This document shows positions 10,996 to 19,965 of a stretch of 64,000 bases of DNA, piece after piece. The DNA comes from Rhynchopus sp. YZ270_cl-10. Its lineage: Eukaryota. Every line of letters starts with the position of its first letter. The first letter of the stretch is position 1. A program made the position numbers and the translations under genes. Under the pieces are notes generated by a model. It ran no database searches, was not told the origin of the DNA, and was given only the letters and a program-made list of their open reading frames with translations. The stretch covers positions 310,001 to 374,000 of the forward strand of contig OZ037834.1 of NCBI GenBank assembly GCA_964035575.1. The letters are read 5' to 3'.

Positions 10996-12580
10996 TATTT
11001 TTCTTTCTGGGTTTTTTTTATTTTATTTCCAGTGCCTACGACCGCCGATGTACGGTGATGCGTTTTGCACTTTCAACTTCTCTTTTTTTATTTTTCTGCT
11101 TCGACAAAGAACTAAACATGCAATAGCCTCACCATGAGGTCACTCATGTTTTCAAAAACTTTCTTTGAATTTATTTCTTTTGATTTATTTTTTTCTTTCT
11201 TTTTCCCTTTAGTCAGAGTGTCATCCCATCCCCTCCTCCTCCTCATCCCTCCCCCCCACACACACATATTTTATTCCATGTACTTTTATTGGAATGCAAA
11301 ATTACTCACAAATTTTTCAACCTATTTGAACCCCTTATTCAAGTCTACTCAAATTATAATACAAAAGCAACAACAACACAAAACTATTAGTTGAGTACAT
11401 CCTTCGGGTGTTTACACTAATAAAACCAAGTTTTTCAAAAAAAAAACAAACAAACAAAAGATTCTGGAGGAGGGTGTTCAAATTTCCCGTTTTTCCCTTT
11501 TCTCCCGTTTTTCCCTTTGTCTTTGCCACTTTTTTTTCCAAAAAAAAAAATTTTTTTTTTTTTTTGACAAGGCAATTCCCAAAGCGATGGCATTGGATGG
11601 CAGTATCCGAAGTCAGACCTCCGGAAATATTGAATCCTTAATGGACGACTTCAATGTGATCGCTGCCTTCTCCCTCTACGTCCCACCCTTCAAGAACACG
11701 GAGACTCGCAAGCTGCAAGTATTTTGAGGTTGTTTCTGCGAGCCCCGACCTATACCGTTCATCTTCGGAGATATGTACAGTGTGCGCACTACTTTCCGCA
11801 GGAAGAACGGGCCCATTTTGGGCTCCGACCTCAGAGGCCGTTTTCGAGGACAGCTACAGTGGGATATTTCGGTTCCTCAATTTTTTATAAAAAAAGCGAA
11901 AATCTGCCTATGTGCTTGAAAAATGCTGTGCATTTTTGGTAGAATTTTTTAAAAATTGCTATACTCCCCTATGACTGGACCCAACTCCCCTCACTCTTTT
12001 TTTGGTCAAAAACACCCCAAATTTTTCTACCTTTTTTTCCGTTTTTTCCGTTTTTGACCTTTTTAGACACCCTCCGGAGACACTATTTTTCCAAGATTTA
12101 TCCAGACATCCCTCACAAAAACAAACCAAAAAAAACAAGATTAATTTTTTTAATAAAAAGACGAAGAGACTGCGTTGGACCATATATCCATCCTGTAGTT
12201 AAAAATCTATTTTTCTTGGTATTCCTATCTAAACACCCTTGCCCTCATCCGCTCTTCTTTTCGCACTCCCCTTGGGGTATTGTTTTTGAGGTGTTGTAAT
12301 GTCGATTGAGATACTTAGACTCCTCGTACATTTTTATCTGTTTTTTTTTTTTTTTTGTAATGTGTGCATACTGCAATACACATTATTTGCCAAGGTTTTT
12401 TTTTTTGTTTTTTTTTTGGGGGATTTTTTTGGGATAAGATGGACTAAGCACAAAAGGCTTAGTCACCTTATCCATAGGTTGGTACTTAGGTTCAAAACTT
12501 TAAGTGATCTAATCAGACGCTAAGCACGAAAGGCTTAGCAAACTCGCACACCGCCAAACTTTTTCTTTCGGGTACTTTGT

Positions 12581-12633
12581 GCTTTCATCCGGATGGCTGG
12601 CATCGTACAGTGGGTCAGTCGGAGGTGCCTGCA
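12581..12633 (+). repeat. Hairpin repeat family C (also 9951-10006 and 17909-17964)
   Basis: ttcatccggatggctggcatcgtacagtgggtcagtcggaggtgcctgca recurs three times with few changes. Confidence 0.75.
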
Positions 12634-15232
12634 TTAATAACTTCACTTTTCTTTTTTGAAACAACGTTCTTTGAAAAAAAGGAGACGGCTTGCGTGGAGT
12701 TCACACAAAAAGAGGTGTCTGCACGTTGCCAATTTTTTTTTAAAAAAAAAATGTTACAAAATCCGTGTCCTAACATTGCTGTTTTTGTCTGTTATGCTGG
12801 TTTTTTTTTTATATTTTCTCTTCCATCTCCTTCTTGCTTCCCCTCCTCCCCCCCTTTCGTAATTGCATGTTAAAACTTTGCATAAAAAACCCCCTTCAAA
12901 ACGTGGCAGGACTCCTGTTCTTCCTGTTCTATCACACACCAACACCTTTTTTTTTTTGGTTTTTTTTTTATTTCCTTTTTTATGAACAATTTCCTTCTGG
13001 TTCAAAACCACCCCCCCACATACACCAGGTTTGTTTTATTTGCACAGAATTTCAACAAAAAAAAAGAGGTTTCCACGAAAACGTGAACAGGGGAGGGCGG
13101 ATTATGTGGATTACCCGTTCGCGGGGGGGTGCACGTTGTCACAAAAGTTTTCAAAGAAAAAGAAAAACTAAGCATATCGTAGTATGTACCCTGTTCCGCT
13201 TTCTTCCCTTTTTATTTGGAAATTATGTGAAAAATAATTTTTTTGTACAGAAACAACCGTTCTGGCACAAAAGAAAAGAACCTTTTTTGTGGGAGATGGT
13301 GGTCATAAGCAACTGACAGCAGCCTTTTGTCTCTTTTAGTATTGTATTTTCCTCTCGTTTTTTTTCTCTCTTTTTATGCCACACGGTGAAGTAGAAGTAC
13401 TTGACTTGTGGTTTTTTTTACTTTTGTGATTTCCCACCGTTGGCTTACAACGGTAAAGTCACAAAATCAAACGGAAAAAAAAAATACAACCTAACGAGAT
13501 GAAAGGTAGCTGAGATGCGATAGCCGTTGAACCAGGTTTTATTGAAAACTTCAGATTTTTTTTTTCCATTTTTTTTTCCCTTCATTTTTTCCTCTTCTTA
13601 CATATATGACAACATTGAGACACCGGGGGGGTTACATTATTTAGAAGTAGTGAACACCTTAACCATATCCCTTGTCTTTTCATTATACCTTCTATTCAGT
13701 AGAATAGTTAGTATATTGGTGTTCCCGAAAGGGCCCATATTGACAGGTCCTTGACATGTCCTTGACACAAGGTTTACAGGGGAAAATGACACACCCCCCC
13801 TATATTGACATGTCCTTGGCATGTCGTTGACATGTCCCCGACAGCAGATCGGTAACACCATATATGAAAAAAAAAATTTTTTGTGTCCCCTCCGCACCAA
13901 TGAAAAAGAACTGTCTCTGAAGATGTAGATACACTATGTTGAAAATTCCACCTCTTTTGTTTTTTTTTGCACGATCATTACAAATGCAAAAATCCCATAA
14001 AAGGTACGTGGTTTGGCTGTACTGTGATACTTTGCCTTATTTCATAATACATAATACACATTTCACAGTACAGCTACTACCTACTATAAGGGGTCCAGAT
14101 TCCCAGGAGGGGGGGGAAAAAAAAAATACATTTTCGTACAACAGAGGCGGAACGTCTTCTTATCTGCATGTATTGAGACAGTAATTTACACTAAAAAAAA
14201 TTCCTCAAAAAAAACAAATATTATCGGAACCATGGTGCGTATTGTTTGCTTGGGTAAATTTTTTTTTTGTGTGGAAAAGACCATGGGATGTTTTGTTTTT
14301 TTTTTTCTCTTTTTTTTTTGTACCCCCGAGTGTTCCTTTGTCTAGAACCTTATTTTTCGACGGAGATGGTGTGTGCAGCGCTATCGTGAATCACATTCAT
14401 TCCAATCTTCTTTTACCTATAATTTTTTTTTCCGACGCAAAAATAAAAATAAAAAATAATGTTGCACACATGTGCCACAGCAACTTCACGCATCCTATAT
14501 GAACATAAAAAAAAAGTAATTTTTTTTTTCCTTCTTTTTATCAGCACCACAACTCAATGTTACAGTTCAGCTTCCAGTATACTTTGGGAAAGGGGTAAAG
14601 AAAACTATGGTGGAGTTTTTTTTTGGGATTTTCCACCTGATTTTTTTGACCCGAGTTTTGGCGGTGTTTGAGCAGCGTTGGGCTACCGGGTCAGATCAAG
14701 GTGGGTTTTCAAAACAACAAAAAAAGAAACTATGTGTTACAGAACCCATCCTCAGACAGGTGATTGTCGAAACTACAAAAAACACCTGAGGAGAAGTGAG
14801 GAGGGAGGGGGGTTTTTTTTTTAAATCTCTCCCAATATTTTTTCAACTTACAAAGTACTACAATGAAATGCAATACAAAACAAACAGAGTAGCAAAAACA
14901 AAAACAAAAACAACAAAGTTGAAACAAACTTTTTTAAACCTCTCCCAATATTTCTTGGAGCACTGTTTTATCTCTTCACGCATATTTCATGTTCGCAGAG
15001 TGAACAGATCACTCAGTGGTGTGTGAAAAAAAAAAAAAAAGCAACAACAACACGATCATCAATTGAAAAAAAACAAAAAAAAAAAAACGTTTGCCTTCTG
15101 TGAAAGTAGTCTATCGTGTCATACATTCATTATTGTGCAAAAACTATTAAAAAAAAAAAGGAAAGAATAGTGGAGCCCATCCTCGGGTGTTCAGGTCTAC
15201 ACTAAACATTTCCTTTTTTCGACCTACCCCAA

Positions 15233-15356
15233 CCACCTGATTTTTTACCCCGCGTATAGGTGCGTACAGACCACATTACAGGCGCGTACACGCGCTTATA
15301 CAGTCCTATACGGTCCAAAACTCCCCTTTACGCGAGGTAAAAAAAAAATCAGGTGG
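15233..15356. mobile_element. MITE family with CCACCTGATTTT termini (also 7272-7326 and 14633-14704)
   Basis: ccacctgattttttacccc...ggtaaaaaaaaaatcaggtgg. Two shorter copies share the termini, and these two share aaacaccgccaaaa in opposite orientations. Confidence 0.6.
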
Positions 15357-16554
15357 GGTGGGCCAACCCCGAATCAAGATCCTAAATCCAAGCTATCCAA
15401 TTAGCCGTACCCTCCTCTCTTCGCACATCGCTTTGGTTAAGGATCTAAAAAAGCTAAACAGACACAAACACAAAATAGCAAAAACAAAGAGTACAAACAT
15501 AACAACAAACCTTTTCAAACCCCCCCCTCTTTCTCCTCCCGTATTTAGGACACATCTTTTTTGGGGTATTTTTTTTTAAGGTGACCAAGCACCGAAAGGT
15601 TCAGGTTTTATCCTTTGACCGTGCACGGAAACACATTCATTCCAGGAAAGAGTTTTTTTTTTTTTTTGTTTCGATACAAGACGGCTAAGCATTGTAGTGC
15701 CATCTCTGAGGCTTGTCTTTCTACTAAAAAGCTTTTTTTCTGTTTATTTCTCGTGGGAAGGTGTGAAGTGTATTGTGTACGATGAATGATAATCGCACCC
15801 ATTTTTTTTAAAAAAATCTACCCCATATTATTAACGATTTCTTTTTTATATATTCCGAACAGGAATGGGAAAAACATTCTTTTTATTGATCCCCTCCTAT
15901 GCTCTCAATTCATTTGATTGTATAATATTATGTTGAAATACTTATTTTCCGAAGCTTGCTCTAAAGGAGAAAAAAATAGTATTACCGATGCCAAATCATC
16001 CCTCAAACAGGAGGATTTTTTTTTGTGCAAATCAAACGAACCAACTTTTTTTACTTTGCCGATCCTACTATTTTTAAAAGGTGACCTAAAAACATACAAA
16101 AGACCTTAGGACCCATCTTCGCCAAATTTTATTATTATTATTTCTGCACCTTTTTTTTATCATTTGTTTTTTTGCCATGCCTTTCTTGTCCTGCCAACTT
16201 CTTTTGATTCTATCTTTTTTATTTCTAACAAATTTAAAAAACATAGAGCAACAAAACGAATCAATGGGTTTTCCACGCTTAGTAAAAAAGGCGGTGTGAC
16301 AAATCCCACTAAACGATACCCCTGGATAGGGTCAACGTTGTGCATAACTTCATTCAGTTATATTTGTTCTTCGGGGGGGAAATTGTTGTGTTCATCAGCA
16401 GTTACTTAGTGTTTTAGTATAGTGGAGTTCATCCTCGGGATGTTTGAGCTAATACAAAATACATAGTGGTGCACACTCTAGGGAGGCTACACTAATACAG
16501 TACCGGTTATCGGAATGTACCATTGGTAATCAGTGGTGGTGTGATTCAGGGGGT

Positions 16555-16675
16555 ACGGAGAACCCACGGACAACCCACGGAAGAACCACGGGGGAACCAC
16601 GGAGAACTGTTTCAGGCTATATTAAGATTTGCGGAGCACCTTCGGGAGAACCACGGGGGAACCACGGAGAATCCG
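16555..16675 (+). repeat. Short minisatellite of ~11 bp (g)gaaccacggg units in two blocks
   Basis: agaacccacgg-acaacccacgg-aagaaccacgg-gggaaccacgg, repeated again at 16646-16672. Confidence 0.6.
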
Positions 16676-16761
16676 TTTGGGTGATCACACCAAGTGGTGT
16701 TATTTTCAATGATGATACAAAAAAGGTGAGTGACGACACCTCCCTCTTTTTTTTTTGCCAG

Positions 16762-16870
16762 TTGTGTACATTTGAGGAAGGCAACTTCCTCTTTAGCCCC
16801 CCCCGCCGACTCCATTTTCTTGGAGCTTTCTTCAGGACCGTACTCTGTTTCCTTGAAGGAATGGTCAAAA
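16762..16870 (+). repeat. Diverged dispersed repeat shared with ~28128-28232
   Basis: aggaaggcaact...tttagccc...gccgact(c/t)cattttcttgga...gac(c/t)gtac...aagga occurs in both places. Confidence 0.6.
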
Positions 16871-16881
16871 CATTATTTTTT

Positions 16882-16918
<37 letters not shown>

Positions 16919-16927
16919 GTGAAAGAC

Positions 16928-17766
16928 CAGGGTATTTCCTAAATCCACTACCCGTCTCCCGAGATTTTTTCAGAAAAAGTTCCGCGCTTTTTTTGCAAGG
17001 GGGGTTTTCAGGTGTTCCGCGGTTTTTTTGCAAGGGGAGAGTAGTCGTGGGAAGGAGCACAGGGTGAGGTAAAAATGTCCGAGGAAAAAATATTCCGAAC
17101 CTCGGAGCCCCGATCTTGCAAAATAACGCAAAAAAGTCCGGAAAAAAAGTTCACAGGCCAAAAAAAAATTCCGCCTGCGGCGGGCACATTTTCCCCCTTT
17201 TTTTATGTTAGGGTAGCTGTATTTAAAGTGCCTATTTTTTGGTATTTTCCCGAAAAAAGTATGTTCGCTGTTCTGGATCGCTCCAATCATTCAAATAAAG
17301 CAGTTTTCGGAATTTTTATTTTCACCGATGTTGGGTACCGTGCGCCTGCGGCGCTGCCTGTTCCTACCAGTTTCTACAGGCAAACACTTGGCCCCTTTAC
17401 CTTACACTGACGGGTTTTGACCAAAACCAAGGACTTGTCCATTTCGGCAAATTGACCCCACCACAGAACGGGCGGATTCCGAAAATGCAAATGCCGGTGT
17501 TTTCGGGCATTTCCATGTTTTCAGGATCAGGGAGAGAAAATCTGGGTTGTGGGATTTACCTGGTCCCCTTTACCTTACACTCATTTTGACCAACACCAAG
17601 AACTTGGCCATTTCGGCAAAGTGACCCCACCACAAGCCGGGATTGGCTCGGAAATGCACCATAACTCAGTTTTCTGCACAAAAAACCCTAACGTTGCTCA
17701 GCGCGCTTTTTTTGCACCCGATTCCGGATTTTGAGATTTTGGGACCCCGATTTAGGAAATACCCTG
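16928..17766. mobile_element. Non-autonomous hAT-superfamily DNA transposon (839 bp)
   Basis: Perfect 18 bp TIR cagggtatttcctaaatc (16928-16945 / 17749-17766) and perfect 8 bp TSD tgaaagac (16920-16927, 17767-17774). Internal ~70 bp direct repeat at ~17392-17465 and ~17565-17633. No transposase. Confidence 0.9.
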
Positions 17767-18562
17767 TGAAAGACAGATAGGTGCAGAGAGGTGCACACAT
17801 CTTTTTTTGGTTTTTTCATTTTCCTTTTCTTTTCCCTTTCAAATGCTTTCAATTCTGTGAACTGAAAGTATATGAATCTAATTTTTTCCTGGCCGCAGGG
17901 TATGTTGTACTTTCACTCTGGATGCCTGGCATCGTACAGTGGGTCAGTCGGAGGTGCGCCTGTACCAACAACTGCCCGATCATTTTTTTCTCTTCTTCTT
18001 CTTCTCTCTCTCTCTCTCTCTTTTCAACATGATGTGTTTTGCGTGCTTAAAGCGTGTATAAGCTTTTTTTTCAATCCTCCTCTTCCCCTCCCCCCTCTTT
18101 GAAACAAACTTTTCAAACCCCCTTCTCCCTCTTTTTCTTCAAAGAAACCAACAAAAACAAAGTATAGCGGAGCATACTCTAGGGTGGCTACACTAATACA
18201 AAAAAAACCAAGTTTTCAAAGAAGAAAAAAACAAAAAACAACAATAACAGCAACACAAAGACACAACATTTTTTTTTTAGGTGACTATCCCTCATAGGCT
18301 TAGGTCCATCGTATAAACTTTTCTCTCTCTCTTTTTATTTTTTTTTGCTTCTCCTTCATTCTTTTTTGAAGGGTAAAAAACCAAAGGCAACTCTAAGCAT
18401 CCAAAAAACCAGAGATTTCCCTTTTTTGTCTCAAAAATTTACCCCCTTTTTCCCCCTTTGTGTGTCCTCACCCCCCCCACCCCCACCACCCCAGACCTGA
18501 AAAAGAATCCTTTGTTACCAGGTCAACCCTCCTACATACGTAGCAACAACAATAACAAAACA

Positions 18563-18610
18563 TAGTGGAGCACACTCTAGGGTGGCTACACTAATGCAAA
18601 CCAAGTTTTC
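18563..18610 (+). repeat. Hairpin repeat family A, representative copy (~12 copies)
   Basis: Consensus tagtggagcacactctagggtggctacactaatacaaaccaagttttcaaa. Copies at 1-46, 65-114, 1650-1700, 2133-2186, 11388-11440, 15168-15205, 16420-16458, 16464-16499, 18165-18220, 18563-18610, 19081-19140, 28258-28310. Confidence 0.85.
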
Positions 18611-18782
18611 ACAAAACAAACAAACTTTCAAAGCCCCCCTACATACCTCCTTCAGTACAGACGGAATAGTCAGAGGGGGACTACTATAGTGGTTCTCAAA
18701 AAAAAAATACAACAAAAAAGATTGATGAAATGACCAATGTTCAAAACATTAAGCATTACGTAATCTGATAAGACTACTAGTA

Positions 18783-18872
18783 CAGTGGTTAAACAAAAGT
18801 TACGCCTAAACTAATGGCGGAATTGAAATCGATGGCGGAAATTACTTTAGGCGGAATTTTGTTTAACAACTG
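18783..18872. mobile_element. Tc1/mariner-type MITE (90 bp) with TA target-site duplication
   Basis: ~28 bp TIRs cagtggttaaacaaaagttacgcctaaa / tttaggcggaattttgtttaacaactg, TA on both sides. An uninserted copy of the flank lies at 18891-18916. Confidence 0.85.
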
Positions 18873-19245
18873 TAGTTGCTATTCGTTGTCATCTAATAAG
18901 ACTACTAGTAGTTGCCAATTCGTCCAAATGGCTAGTGTTATATGACGTAGTGTAACACTAATAGGTTAACAAAAAGTTTTCGTTGCGACTATAGTAGTTC
19001 CACTTCGCAGTTCTCCTGACTGGCCTCCGTCGTGGAAAAAAAAAATGCGGCTACTTCATCGACCCTACGATAAAACTAATTAGTGAATCGCACCCTCTTA
19101 GGGGGTGCCTACACTAATATCAAAACCAAGTTTTCAAAAAAAAAAAAATTCTTCCCCATTTTTTTCCCTCCTCTCTCTCTTTTCCCTTTTTAAAGATGTG
19201 TATGTATGCGAAGCATATTCATCTCCAGACCTTTTTTTTTTTTCA

Positions 19246-19281
19246 AGGTGACCCTAAGCACAGAGAGGCTTAGGTTCATCT
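19246..19281 (+). repeat. Hairpin repeat family B, representative copy (~9 copies)
   Basis: Consensus aggtgactaagcacagagaggcttaggttcatc. Copies near 4038, 4197/4260, 6989, 12438, 12520, 15579, 16079, 18279, 19246. Confidence 0.75.
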
Positions 19282-19864
19282 TACATTTTTTTCTTTTTGA
19301 CGTTATCTCCACCCCCATCCCCCACCTCCACAACCCCCCCCGCTACTCCCAGCAACAATTTCAAGGTTTCCTTTCATTTATTGTTCTCTCTTTTTTAGTT
19401 GTATTGTTTCTTTTTTTCTTTTTTCCCCCCCTCCCTCCTCCCCCTTCTCCCCGGGCAGATGTGGTAAAAAATTTAAAATCAAAATAAAAAAAAAGCAACC
19501 TTCCATTTTTTCCTCCTTCCCTTCTATTCCCCTCACAAAGCCTCCCCTCACCCTTCCGCCCTTATTCCATCTCTGCTCTTCGCTCTGCTGCATTTCGTCT
19601 GTTTGGGTTATCTCTTGTTGAGGGGGATGGGGTGGCAGAGCCGGTTATTGCTTCCTTCTGCTTCTCTCTGACGCTCCTGTCCTTGTAGCGTTGTCCCCCA
19701 CAGCGGCTTGGTTCTTTGACGTTGATGATGTACACCCTAGCAGTAGTCCTGTGCTTGGATGTCACCGCCTCTAGACCGTCCAAAGCCTTTGGGTGTTTGT
19801 CTCGAAGAGAGGTGAATGTGGTCGGGTGGGTGCCTGGGTGAGGGTCCGCCTGTCGGACCCTGCA

Positions 19865-19965
19865 CACTTTCCAAGTTTACCTTTTCGTTTTCTTGTGCGT
19901 TTCTCCCGCAATACATCTCCACACAGGTACAGTACTCTCCCAGCATCACCTCATAAACAACCACA
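19865..19965 (+). promoter_or_regulatory. Conserved pyrimidine tract + AG leader (putative trans-splice acceptor), shared with 24154-24264
   Basis: ttttcttgt(g/a)cgtttctccc...catctccacAGgtacAGtact...AGcatcacc...caaccaca-ATG is conserved between the paralogs, while sequence further upstream is not. Confidence 0.5.

Noticed and set aside
18563..18593. TAGTG...CACTA in family A as CACTA transposon ends
   Set aside because: Orientation is the reverse of CACTA...TAGTG termini, spacing is only ~20 nt, and no 3 bp TSD pattern is evident.
623..19487. Short F/K-rich ORFs across the AT-rich region
   Set aside because: Products of poly-T and poly-A runs, with no coding character.
19562..19867. 101 aa minus-strand ORF in a GC-richer patch upstream of paralog 1
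   Set aside because: No recognisable motif and a non-ATG start; cannot be supported from sequence alone.
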